Shown here piece after piece: positions 27,525-37,027 of a DNA stretch of 64,000 nt. The notes under the pieces are model-generated. The model had not been told where the DNA came from and searched no databases. It saw nothing but the letters and a program-made list of their open reading frames with translations. The stretch's first letter is position 1. Every line of letters starts with the position of its first letter. The position numbers and the translations under genes are program-made. This DNA comes from Polyangiales bacterium (GTDB lineage Bacteria; Myxococcota_A; Polyangia; Polyangiales; Ga0077539): assembly GCA_044229975.1 (NCBI GenBank), contig JBGARZ010000005.1:192001-256000 (forward strand), in the 5' to 3' direction.

Positions 27525-30500
27525 TCAACCGATGTTGATCTTGGTGCCCTTGATCTTCACGCCGCTCTTGGCCATCTCCAGCTTTGTCGACGAGCCAGGG
27601 ATCAGCCACGCGCCGTCGCTCTCGTTCAGGCCCAGACGGTTGCCCTTGTTTTCGAGCGCGATGAGGTGACCCGTGTCGAGCAGGATGTTGCCGTCCTCGT
27701 GGATGATCAGCTTCGCCTTCGGGTCTTCCGTCGCCGACCCCGCGAGGCCCAGCGAGATCTCCTTGTCCTTCAGCTGGAGCACGTACTTCCCGATCTGTAG
27801 CCGGATGTGGCCGCCGTCCTTGGCGTGCACCTCCACCTTCCCGTCCTTGTCGGCGCTTAGATAAAACGGCGTGTCCTGCGCGAGCGTCGGCTTGTCCCCA
27901 TCGGGGCTCTTGCCCGCCACCTGCAACACCGTCTTGTCCGTCGCCAGCGTGTGCAGGAGATCGGTCGCGTGCTGCTTCGCCTCGGCGAAGCCGCCGCCGA
28001 GGTCGCCATCGTTCTTCTTGCGACCGGTGGCCGCGCTCTCCAGCGCGCCGACGCGCACCGTCTTGCCAAGCACCTCCGCGGTGGCCTGCCGCGAGGCCAG
28101 CACCGTCGGCCCCTTGGAGGTGAGCTCCGCGCCCTTCAAGCCCTCCAGCCACAGGTGCTTCTCCGAGAGAAACTCCCCCATGTCCTGCGTGCGGAAGGCG
28201 ATCTCCTTCGCCGTCTGCGCGCGGAACCCACCCTTGTCGGTGTCGAGGTCGACGCCCGCCGCCGCGTAGAGGTGGATCTTCTTCGACGAGCCCACCTCCA
28301 CGTTGTCCGCCGCCGACAGAAACAGCTTCCCAGAGCCTGCCCCCGCCAGGAGGTTCATCGCGACGTTGTCGAGCGCCGCGGCCAGCGCGTTGAGCATCTT
28401 GCTCACCATCTTGCACAGGCCCTGGAGCGCCCCGAGCGCCTCGGCCGCCCCCGCGGTGAGGCCCTGCATCGCCGCGAGCGCCTCCTTCATCGAGACGTGA
28501 CCGTCGCCGTCGGCGTCGAGCTTCGCGTCCTTCGCCTTCTGGGCGAGCTCCGCGAGCTTGTCCATGTGCGGCTGGGCCTTGGCGTACTCCTCCTTGCACG
28601 TCGCCACGAAGCGCTCGCCCTCGTCGAGCATCTGGTTGGTCGTCGTGATGAACTGCTGACCGTCCTTCTGCCAGTCGAGCTCCTTGATCTTGCGCTCGCT
28701 CGGGTCGCCCTTCGCGTCGGTCGCCGATTGCTTCGACAGGAAGTGCTTGTTGGCCGCGTCGGTGACGTCCTTCATGGCCTTGCCGATCTTCGGCGCGTAG
28801 GCCGGACTCCCCAGCTTGTTGGCCACCGCCCCCAGCAGCCCGCTCGCCGGACCGCCGCCGCCCGCGGACTTCAATGCCGAGTCCATCGCCCCGGTCACCT
28901 TGCTCGCCGCGCCCGTCACCGCGCCGGCCGCACCACGCGCCGCGCCGACGGCTCCGCCCACCGCGTTCTGCGCCGCGCCGACAGCATTCTGCGCCGCACC
29001 GACTGCCCCACCGACGGCGTTCTGCGCCGCACCCACTGCCCCACCGACGGCGTTCTGCGCGGCACCGACTGCGCCACCGACAGCGTTCTGCGCGGCACCG
29101 ACGGCGTTCTGCGCCGCGCCCGCCACGTTGGTCACGCCGCCCACCGCGCTCGCCACGGTCGAGGGCAATCCGCCGATGCCACCGGCCGCCGCCCTGGTCA
29201 CGCCCTGCGCCGCGCTCGACACCGCGTCGCCGACGCCCTTCGCCGCGTTGGTCACGCCGCTCACCGCGCCTTGCGCCGCGTTGGCCACGCCGCTCGCCGC
29301 GCTCGTCACCTGGTTCACCGCGCCCTGCGCTGCGTTGGAGACGCTCTGCGCCGCGCTCGTCACCTGGTTCACCGCGCCGCGCGCCGCGCTGGCCACGCCG
29401 CTCGCCACACCCTGCGCCTGGTTGACGACGCCTTGAGCCATCGAGCGCGCTTCGTTGACCGCGCCCATCGCCTGACCCGCCACGCCCTGCGCCGTGCTCG
29501 CGGCGCTCTGCGCCATGCCCCGCGCCGTGTCGAGGGCGCCACCCGCGGCGCTCCTCGCGCGGCTGGCCGCGTCCTGCGCCTGCTCGATGAGCGACGTCCC
29601 CGGGATCTGATCGACCCCGAGCCCCACCGGCCGCGCCAGCACGTCGTCGAGCGAGGGCAGCTCACCCGGCAACACGTCGGGCAACCCCGCCAGCGCACCA
29701 CCACCGAGCGCGCCCGCCACGTCGGGCATCGCCGCCGACGGAAACGCCGCCAGCAGATCGGCGCCGCCCGGCAGTCCCCCAGCGCCGAGCCCGAGCGCTC
29801 CGTCCATCACCCCGCGCGCGCTCTCGGCCGCGTTGAGCATCATCCCCGTCCACGGCGCGGCCGTCGACATGTTGCTCCAGAACGAGTCGATCGACGCCTC
29901 GACCTTGTCGGAGTTCTTCTTCAGCCACTCGTTGGCCTTCTTGGCCTTGGCCTCGGCCTCCTTCAGCTTCGCCTCGATCTTCCCGACCTTGCCCTTCAGC
30001 TCCTGGATCTTGTTGGCCGCCTTGTGCAGCGCGAGCCCGAGGAGCTGCCAGATGGTCACCTCCGGCACGGGCAGCATCGGGAGCCCCAGGTCGCGGCGGC
30101 TCTTGCTCAGCGACACCGTGCTCTTCAGCACGAAGTTCAAGCTGTCGCTCGTGTGGTCGAGAATCTGGTCGTGCAGCTTGGAGTGATCGAACACCGGGGG
30201 CTTCAGCGCCGCCCCCGACGTCGGGATCATGATCCCCTTCACGAACTCCGACGGCAGCGTGGTGGTGCCCGCGCCGATCATGATCGCCTCGCCCGACGTC
30301 ACGCTGATGCGCTTGAGCGCGCTCGCGTCCCACTGCTGCGAGAACTGCGTCCACTTCGCGCCGCCCTGCTGGGTCACATCACCGGTGCCCTGAAACACCG
30401 TCGTCCCACCGACGTTGGAGAAGTGGTTCGCGGCCGTACCAACCGAGAAGCCCGGATAACCGAAGGCCGCACCGATGTCGGCAATACCGGGGTTCTTCAC

Positions 30501-30845
30501 CCACTCACCGAGGTTGAGCTTCGTGTCTGGACTCGGAACCGCCATCAAGCGGTACTGCATCGGCCCCGTGGGCTTCGCGTCGGCCACCTGCTTGTGGTCG
30601 GTCTGGAAGTACCCCGCGATGCGCGACCCGATCTTCTGCATCCCGGTGCCCAGCTTCACCTGGGCCTCCTTCGCGGCCCTCTTCTCCGCCGCGGTGGGAG
30701 CCTTCGCCGCGGGCTTGGCGTCGCCCTTGGCCTTGGCCGCGTCGGGCGTGCTCGGCGGCAAGCCCTTCGGCGGGTCGGCCTTGCCCTGCGTGGCCGCGGC
30801 GACCGAGTAGTCCTTCGTCGGAACGGGCTTCTGTTCGTTGCTCAT
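27525..30845 (-). CDS. VgrG spike-like protein (T6SS_Vgr/DUF2345-like ends) with long Ala/Gly 11-mer repeat insertion
   Basis: TKLNLG..GFSVGT near the N-terminus; GAAQNAVGGAV-type repeats; DADGDGHVSMKE; beta-strand-rich C-terminus ending GVKIKGTKINIG. Confidence 0.65.
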   Translation of the reverse strand: MSNEQKPVPTKDYSVAAATQGKADPPKGLPPSTPDAAKAKGDAKPAAKAPTAAEKRAAKEAQVKLGTGMQKIGSRIAGYFQTDHKQVADAKPTGPMQYRLMAVPSPDTKLNLGEWVKNPGIADIGAAFGYPGFSVGTAANHFSNVGGTTVFQGTGDVTQQGGAKWTQFSQQWDASALKRISVTSGEAIMIGAGTTTLPSEFVKGIMIPTSGAALKPPVFDHSKLHDQILDHTSDSLNFVLKSTVSLSKSRRDLGLPMLPVPEVTIWQLLGLALHKAANKIQELKGKVGKIEAKLKEAEAKAKKANEWLKKNSDKVEASIDSFWSNMSTAAPWTGMMLNAAESARGVMDGALGLGAGGLPGGADLLAAFPSAAMPDVAGALGGGALAGLPDVLPGELPSLDDVLARPVGLGVDQIPGTSLIEQAQDAASRARSAAGGALDTARGMAQSAASTAQGVAGQAMGAVNEARSMAQGVVNQAQGVASGVASAARGAVNQVTSAAQSVSNAAQGAVNQVTSAASGVANAAQGAVSGVTNAAKGVGDAVSSAAQGVTRAAAGGIGGLPSTVASAVGGVTNVAGAAQNAVGAAQNAVGGAVGAAQNAVGGAVGAAQNAVGGAVGAAQNAVGAAQNAVGGAVGAARGAAGAVTGAASKVTGAMDSALKSAGGGGPASGLLGAVANKLGSPAYAPKIGKAMKDVTDAANKHFLSKQSATDAKGDPSERKIKELDWQKDGQQFITTTNQMLDEGERFVATCKEEYAKAQPHMDKLAELAQKAKDAKLDADGDGHVSMKEALAAMQGLTAGAAEALGALQGLCKMVSKMLNALAAALDNVAMNLLAGAGSGKLFLSAADNVEVGSSKKIHLYAAAGVDLDTDKGGFRAQTAKEIAFRTQDMGEFLSEKHLWLEGLKGAELTSKGPTVLASRQATAEVLGKTVRVGALESAATGRKKNDGDLGGGFAEAKQHATDLLHTLATDKTVLQVAGKSPDGDKPTLAQDTPFYLSADKDGKVEVHAKDGGHIRLQIGKYVLQLKDKEISLGLAGSATEDPKAKLIIHEDGNILLDTGHLIALENKGNRLGLNESDGAWLIPGSSTKLEMAKSGVKIKGTKINIG

Positions 30846-30858
30846 CGGTCTTCAGCCC

Positions 30859-32523
30859 TCACGCGTCGTCGTTGGTGTAGTCGACCACGCGGTTGCGGGT
30901 CTTGAAGCCACCCAGCGTCGCGTTGCGCGCCGTGATGGGCGTGATCTGATCGAAGTTCGGAACCGACCCCACGATGATCGGCCGATCGGGGTCGCCGTTG
31001 AGGTGCACCAGCAGCACCTCGGCGCCCTCGTGCAGCGGGTGATGCATCCCGTAGCCCGGCCCCGAGAAGGTCTGCACCATGCGAAAGCGCTTGAGCGTCA
31101 CGCTCGCGGCCGCCTTGCCCTCCACCATCGGCACATCCAACACGAGATGGTACTGCCCGTGGTCGTCGAGGTCGGCGGCCGAGCCCTTCACGCGATCGGC
31201 CACCTTCGCCGACAGCACGCCCGCCACCACCGGACGCGGCGTCACCCGCGGCGGGCGGTAGGTCACGTTCATGTTCTTGAGCACCAGCGACGCGACGAAG
31301 TCCTCGTTGGTGCCGCCGTCCCCGAGCGACACGCCCTCCTGCGTCACCGTGAAGCGCGCCTCGGTGACGTAGTAGCGGTGGCGCTTGTCGGCGCGCTCGT
31401 CGACCCACACGAGGTCGGGGTCGAAGTGGTTCTCCAGCGTGAGGATCATCCCCGAGAAGAGACCCAGCACCGTCGACTCGACGCGCAGGTCTTCCCGCTG
31501 CGCCGCGAGCTCCTGCGCGCGCACCTTGGCGAGCCGCTCGACCTGCGGCAGCACGTCGTCGGGCGGCGCGGGCTCCAGCGACGAGTACTCCTTGGCGGGC
31601 AGGTACTCGACGCGCGTTCCGATGCCGGAGTCGATGACCTCGGCGTTGGCGTGGGCGTCCATGGAGGCGCGCTTGTAGTCGTGGTCGACCACCGCGACGG
31701 TGCGCGGCAGCGCGCGAAACACCCGGTTGACGCTCTTGAAGCACGGCACCTTGTCGAGCACCCCGAGCCGCGGGTCGTAGCGGATGTGCTCGAAGCGCGT
31801 GTCGTCATCGGACTCCGCAAAGGCCTTCAGCGTCAGGTAGTCCTGCAACGCTTCGTTGTTGTCCGCAAAGACCACCCGCTCCAACGAGCTGGTCTGCTCG
31901 AAGAAGAAGAAGATCCCTTCGTGCTCGCAGAGCCGACACAGGAAGTCGAAATCGCTCTCCTGGTACTGGAGCAGGTACTCCCGCTTCATGTGCTCGCCGA
32001 TGACGCGGAACGAGTAGTCCTGGTCGAGGGTCATCCCGAGCTCGTCAAGAATCGAGGCCACCACCTCCGGCACGCTCATCCCCTGGAAGAGCCGCGTGCG
32101 CACCGACTGCGTCGTGAACCACAGCCGCGGAACCAGCTTCAACCGATACCGCACCGCCACGTCCCCGGAGTCGCCGTGCGCGCGGTCGATGGACAGCATC
32201 TCCAGCTCACGGATCACCCCGTAGAAGCTGTGCATCATCGCGCCGTGCACGGTGCCGTGATGGTCCTCGTCGGCGTCCTCGGACACCTCCTGGAGCAGCG
32301 TCACCATGTAGTGACCCGCGAGCAGCGCCTCGACCTTGTCGGCCGGGTACGGCGCGCCCACCAGCGACGACGCCTGCACCACCACGTCGAGCTCGTACAG
32401 CCGCGAGATCCGCTCGTGCCCCTTCACCTGGAGCACGTACCACTCGTCCATCACCCCGCCGCTCACGGGGTCTTCCCGCAACACCTGCGAGCGAATCCGA
32501 ACCACCGGCGAACCGAACTTCAT
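30859..32523 (-). CDS. vgrG: Type VI secretion tip protein VgrG, base only (554 aa)
   Basis: GHERISRLY, YRLKLVPRLW, RLFQGMSVPEVV, REYLLQYQESDFDFLCRLCEHEGIFFFF, YRPPRVTPRP, GMHHPL..GAEVL....GDPDRPIIVG. It stops at NDDA. Confidence 0.92.
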   Translation of the reverse strand: MKFGSPVVRIRSQVLREDPVSGGVMDEWYVLQVKGHERISRLYELDVVVQASSLVGAPYPADKVEALLAGHYMVTLLQEVSEDADEDHHGTVHGAMMHSFYGVIRELEMLSIDRAHGDSGDVAVRYRLKLVPRLWFTTQSVRTRLFQGMSVPEVVASILDELGMTLDQDYSFRVIGEHMKREYLLQYQESDFDFLCRLCEHEGIFFFFEQTSSLERVVFADNNEALQDYLTLKAFAESDDDTRFEHIRYDPRLGVLDKVPCFKSVNRVFRALPRTVAVVDHDYKRASMDAHANAEVIDSGIGTRVEYLPAKEYSSLEPAPPDDVLPQVERLAKVRAQELAAQREDLRVESTVLGLFSGMILTLENHFDPDLVWVDERADKRHRYYVTEARFTVTQEGVSLGDGGTNEDFVASLVLKNMNVTYRPPRVTPRPVVAGVLSAKVADRVKGSAADLDDHGQYHLVLDVPMVEGKAAASVTLKRFRMVQTFSGPGYGMHHPLHEGAEVLLVHLNGDPDRPIIVGSVPNFDQITPITARNATLGGFKTRNRVVDYTNDDA

Positions 32524-32542
32524 GGAGGTCGTCCTTCCCCTC

Positions 32543-32956
32543 TCAGCCGTTGATGAAGACCGTCGTCTGGCTCGGCGCCACCTGCGTCCCCGCCGGGACG
32601 TTGGCGTTGTTGCCGTTTTGCGGCGTCGTCTTCAGGTGCGTCACCACGTACTGACCTTCGACCAGCACCTTCTTCGACGCCATTTTGTACTTCGCCTTGT
32701 TCATGTTGACGTTGGAGATCACGCCCCCGAGCGTGCCCGGCTCGTCGCCGCTGCTCGTCGGAATCTCCGTGCCCTTGTGCAACACGGGTTGGTTCTTGAT
32801 CTTGACGTTCTTGGTGACCGTCGACCCGCTCGCGTTGGGACACATCGCGATGTTGGGAAACGGCACCGGGATGGGCGGCGCGGGCGGCGCCGGCACCTTG
32901 CACACGTCCGGAAACCCCATGCACTGCCCACCGCCCTTGGTCGACGCAGGAAACAT
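32543..32956 (-). CDS. DUF4150 PAAR-like protein
   Basis: FPDVCKVPAPPAPPIPVPFPN..SSGDEPG..GGVIS..S.KV.VEG..N..N...G..VAPSQT.V. Confidence 0.92.
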   Translation of the reverse strand: MFPASTKGGGQCMGFPDVCKVPAPPAPPIPVPFPNIAMCPNASGSTVTKNVKIKNQPVLHKGTEIPTSSGDEPGTLGGVISNVNMNKAKYKMASKKVLVEGQYVVTHLKTTPQNGNNANVPAGTQVAPSQTTVFING

Positions 32957-32960
32957 CGCG

Positions 32961-34781
32961 CTATCCCTCCGCGCTCGGTCGTTGTGCCTTGAAGTCTTCA
33001 GCCCCCGCCAGCGCCTCGTCGGTGCCCATCGCCCCCGACCGATCGGCGTCGGCGTACTCCGCCGTCGCATCGACGGTGCGATGAAAGCGCGCCCCGCGGA
33101 GATCACCCCCACCCCAACGCGTGCCCGACAGGTCGCTCTTCGACAGGTCGAGGTAGCGGCCCTTCACGTGCTCGAACGAGCTCCCACGCACGTCGGCCTC
33201 CACCATCTGCGCGCGCTCCAGGCGCGCCACCTCGAAGTGAGCGCTGTGCGCCTTCGTGCCCTCCCAGCGGGTGTCGCGCAGGTCGCTGCCGCGCAGGTCC
33301 CCCTGGTCGACGATCGCGCCCGAGAAGTCTGCGTGGCGGGCCTTCACCGCGCGCATCTTCACCTGCGTCATCGCCGCGCCGCGCAGGTCGGCGCGCACGA
33401 GTGACGCCTCGTCGAGCCGCGTCTCGGTGAGGTTGGCGCCGCGGAAGTCCGCGTCGGTGAAGTCCGCCTCCTTGAGGTTCATCCCGGCGAGCTTGCACCT
33501 CTGCATCGAGCACCGGACGAACACCGCCGCCCTCAAGCGACAACCCGTCAGGTCGAGCCCGTCGAGGTCAGCGCCCGTGAGGTCAGCGCCCGTGAGGTTG
33601 GCCCCCGCCACCGTCGCCCCCGTCCACGTCGTCTCCCCCGCATGAACATGTATCAGCCACGCCTCGGTGAGCTTCGCCTCGACGAGCTGCGCCCGCTCCA
33701 GCGTGGCGCCCTCCATGCGGCAGCGGCTCACGTCGGCCTTGGTGAAGTCCGCTTCGGTGAAGTCGACGCCCGCGAGGTCGCTCCCTGCCAGCGACGCCTC
33801 GCTGAAGTCGGTCATGGGCATCGACGCGCCCTGCCAACCCGTGCCTTCGAGCACGGCCTTCGCGAAGCTCGCCCCCTCGCCCTGCGCCCTGAAGAAGCGC
33901 GCCTCGGTGAAGTTCGCCCGGTCGAGCACCGCGCCCTTGAGCACCGCTCCCTCCAGCGAACACCGCTGCCCCTGCACCCGCGAGAGCGTCGCCTCGGTGA
34001 GCGTCGCGTCGACGAGCGCGGCAGCCTCCAGCACCGCGTCGGAGAGGTCGGCCCGCGTGAGCGTCGCACCCCGCAGCACCGCGTCGCGGAGGATGGCGCC
34101 CTGCAACCGCGCGCCCTCCATCGATGCGCCGGTGAAGTCGAGGCTGGTGAGGTCGAGGCCCGTGAGCTCGGCGTCGCGTAGTTGAGAGCCCGCGAGCGAG
34201 GCGCCCGTGAGCACGACGTCGCGCAGCGAAGCACCCGTGAGCACGGCGTACTTGAAGGTCGCGCGAGCCGCCGACACGCGGGTGAGCCGAGCGTCGGAGA
34301 GGTTGGCGTTGAAGAGGGCGGCGTCGTCGAGGAGGGTGTCCGTGAGCGTGGCGCGGGCGAGGCGCGCGTGCCGAAGCTGGGCGCGGGAGAGGTCGCACCC
34401 CGTGAGCGTGGCGCCCGAGAGGCGGGCGCCCTCGAAGAGAACACCCACGGCGTGACACTCGCGGAGGGACGCACCGCCGAGGTCGATGGCCCCCGCGTCG
34501 CAGGGCTCGTCGGGTCGCCCGAGGATGGCGCAGCGGGAGAGCGTGGCCTCGGTGAGCCGGCAGCCCTGGAGGTCGCACCCGCGGAAGACGACACCCGTGA
34601 GCGTCGCGCCGCCGAGGTCACATTGATAGAAGCGGCACGCCTCGAAGCGGACGTCGATGAGCGTCGCGTCGACGAAGGACTGTCCCTGGAGGTCGACCTC
34701 GCGGACGGAGACGTCGCGCAGCTCGCCGTGGTCGCGGAGGTGTTCGAGCACCGCGTCGAGCGATCGGAGGGTGACGGTCAC
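32961..34781 (-). CDS. Pentapeptide repeat protein
   Basis: A(D/N/T)(L/F)xx repeats throughout. GTG start overlaps the upstream TGA. Confidence 0.9.
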   Translation of the reverse strand: MTVTLRSLDAVLEHLRDHGELRDVSVREVDLQGQSFVDATLIDVRFEACRFYQCDLGGATLTGVVFRGCDLQGCRLTEATLSRCAILGRPDEPCDAGAIDLGGASLRECHAVGVLFEGARLSGATLTGCDLSRAQLRHARLARATLTDTLLDDAALFNANLSDARLTRVSAARATFKYAVLTGASLRDVVLTGASLAGSQLRDAELTGLDLTSLDFTGASMEGARLQGAILRDAVLRGATLTRADLSDAVLEAAALVDATLTEATLSRVQGQRCSLEGAVLKGAVLDRANFTEARFFRAQGEGASFAKAVLEGTGWQGASMPMTDFSEASLAGSDLAGVDFTEADFTKADVSRCRMEGATLERAQLVEAKLTEAWLIHVHAGETTWTGATVAGANLTGADLTGADLDGLDLTGCRLRAAVFVRCSMQRCKLAGMNLKEADFTDADFRGANLTETRLDEASLVRADLRGAAMTQVKMRAVKARHADFSGAIVDQGDLRGSDLRDTRWEGTKAHSAHFEVARLERAQMVEADVRGSSFEHVKGRYLDLSKSDLSGTRWGGGDLRGARFHRTVDATAEYADADRSGAMGTDEALAGAEDFKAQRPSAEG

Positions 34782-36865
34782 GTTCGTTCCAGCTTGGTTC
34801 GTTGCACGATGGCGAGGTCGAGGCGGGCGTTGTCGGTCTTCGCTCGATGAAACTCCGCCTCGAAGAGGTTGGCGCCGCGCAGGTCGCACCACGTCAGGTC
34901 GGCGCCCTCGAAGCGCCCTCGCATCAGGTCAGCCCGCTTCGCGCTCGCGCCCACGAGCCTCGCCTCGTCGAAGCAGCAGTCCCGTCCTACGCAGCCGTCG
35001 AGCGAGCACTTCACCATGTCGCAGCCGGTGAAGTCGGCGCGCTCCATCGTCGCGAAGGCCAGCGTCGCCTCGTCGAGCACGCTGCCCGCGAAGTTGGCCC
35101 GCCCGAGCTCCGCGTTGGCAAACGACGCGCGCGCGAAGCGACCGCCGTCGATGGCCCGCAGCCCCGTGGCCACGCAGCCCTCGAAGACGGCGGCCTCGGC
35201 GTTGGCGCCCGCGAGGGTCGCGTCCCGCAGCGTCGCCTTCTGGAAGCGCGCTCGCTCCATACGGGCCCCCGTAAAGTCGGCGCCGCTGAAGTCCCCTTCG
35301 CTGGCGTCGACGTCGCGCAGGTCGGCCTCGCGGTAGTCGGCCCCGGCGGACTTCGCCTGCGTGAGGTGCGCCGTGCGAAGAACGGCGTGCGCGAAGACCG
35401 TGTCGGCGAGGAAGGCCTCGTCGAGGGTGGCGCCCGTGAGGTCGGCGCGGGTGAGGTCGGCGCGCGAGAGCTTCGCGCGTTGGAGCGTGACCCCAGTGAG
35501 GTTGGCGCCCGTGAGGTCGGCCTCTTCGAGCACGGTGCGGTACAGCGTCGCGCCGGAGAGGTTGGCGCCCGCGAGGATCGACCCGCTGAAGTCGGCGCGG
35601 GAGAGGTCGAGGCCCGAGAGGTCGGCGCCCGTGAGGTCGAGGCCCGCGAGCGGCTCGCCGTGCGAGCGAAGGCGCAACACCTCGGCGCGATGAACGGCAC
35701 CAGGGCTCGGCGCCTCCGCGGGCGCATCAGCAGCGACCGGGAGAGCGGCCAGCGCCTCGGCGAGCACGATGTGCTGGGCCGGGAGCGGAGGGACTTCGTC
35801 GACGCCGTCTTCGGCGGCGCGCTCGGCTTCGAGGGCCGCGATGCGCGCGAGGCAGTCGGCGGTGGACTGCGGCGCGTCGAGAGGCTCCTGCAAGAGGGCG
35901 ACGCGGAGGATGTCGTCGAGGGAGTCGTCGGTGATGGGGGTGAGTCCGCGCCAGAGGCACATCACCTGTCGCGCGTCGGCGTCGAGGGTGATGGTGTCGA
36001 GGTTCATCCGGGCCTCGGTGACGACGTCGGCGTCGCCCACGCGGCGGGTGACGAAGCAGCGGACGCGCGTCGCGGGGAGACGCGAACGCAGCGTGGGAAG
36101 CGCGGGGTCCATCCCGGTGAGCTCGACGGGTTCGTCGCCGCGCCAGTAGCCGTCGATGCGCTGCGACGGAGGGGCGGCCTGGAAGTAGGTCGGATCGAAG
36201 TCCGTCGGGTACCAGGGCCAGCGGGTGCGCTTCCAGGTCTCGTCGTAGGTTCCGGTCAGGGCGGTGCGGGCGCGCCAGGTGCGTGGAATGGGGAAGGCTC
36301 CAGCGGGTGCGGGGCGGTCACCCGTCGAGCGGACGAGCGCGTCGGGGTCTTCGATGAGCGGCAGCGGGACGAGCGATCGGCCGTCGACGTCGACCGGGTC
36401 GAGGCCGCGGCCGACGGGGTTGTGGGGGGAGGATGATCCGCCGAAGGAGTGCTCCCATTGGAGGGTGAGCGTACGGAAGGGAGCGGGGTCGGTGGGTGCG
36501 CCCGCGCGATCGAAGTAGCGCGCGCCAAACACCATGAAGCGACGGTGGATCGCGCCCACACGGAAGGCGACGGCGGCGACGGTGGCCTCGCCGCCGGGCG
36601 CGTGACAGGTGCCTGCGAGGAGACACTCGCCGCGGGGTTTGAGCGACGCGAGGTCGGACTCGAAGCGGAGCGAGGGGTGGTCGCGCGTGGGGTCTTCGAA
36701 GGGCTCGTCGCCGGTGACGAGACGGGGCTCATCGGCGGGCGTGGCGACGCCGTCGGCGACGAGGTCGAAGGTGGACTTGACGACCAGGGTGAGCGCCCAT
36801 TGCGGTGGCTGGAGCTGCCACGCGAGGTGACCAAACGCGAAGGGAGTGTCGTTGAGGAGGTCCAC
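34778..36865 (-). CDS. DUF2169 T6SS chaperone fused to pentapeptide repeats
   Basis: N.TPF..LVVKSTF..ESDL..KP..FGG..NPVGRG..GTYD..W..RWP..P.DFD..YFQAAP..LDT, followed by ADLSG repeats. Confidence 0.92.
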   Translation of the reverse strand: MDLLNDTPFAFGHLAWQLQPPQWALTLVVKSTFDLVADGVATPADEPRLVTGDEPFEDPTRDHPSLRFESDLASLKPRGECLLAGTCHAPGGEATVAAVAFRVGAIHRRFMVFGARYFDRAGAPTDPAPFRTLTLQWEHSFGGSSSPHNPVGRGLDPVDVDGRSLVPLPLIEDPDALVRSTGDRPAPAGAFPIPRTWRARTALTGTYDETWKRTRWPWYPTDFDPTYFQAAPPSQRIDGYWRGDEPVELTGMDPALPTLRSRLPATRVRCFVTRRVGDADVVTEARMNLDTITLDADARQVMCLWRGLTPITDDSLDDILRVALLQEPLDAPQSTADCLARIAALEAERAAEDGVDEVPPLPAQHIVLAEALAALPVAADAPAEAPSPGAVHRAEVLRLRSHGEPLAGLDLTGADLSGLDLSRADFSGSILAGANLSGATLYRTVLEEADLTGANLTGVTLQRAKLSRADLTRADLTGATLDEAFLADTVFAHAVLRTAHLTQAKSAGADYREADLRDVDASEGDFSGADFTGARMERARFQKATLRDATLAGANAEAAVFEGCVATGLRAIDGGRFARASFANAELGRANFAGSVLDEATLAFATMERADFTGCDMVKCSLDGCVGRDCCFDEARLVGASAKRADLMRGRFEGADLTWCDLRGANLFEAEFHRAKTDNARLDLAIVQRTKLERT

Positions 36866-37027
36866 GCGATGGTCGCGGATGGGACACGCGGGAGAGGGCG
36901 GGTGTCAACGACGAGGCGCTCCCACACTTTCCCACTGGCGTGGGCTGTGAGAGCGCCCAACACAGCCGCGACGATGCCGTGGACATCCGACACGCCGTTG
37001 CCCGCCGTACCGACTCCGCACGGCCCG

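Noticed and set aside
32961..35700. Qnr/MfpA-type quinolone resistance from pentapeptide repeats
   Set aside because: The length and the DUF2169/PAAR/VgrG context indicate T6SS-associated repeats.
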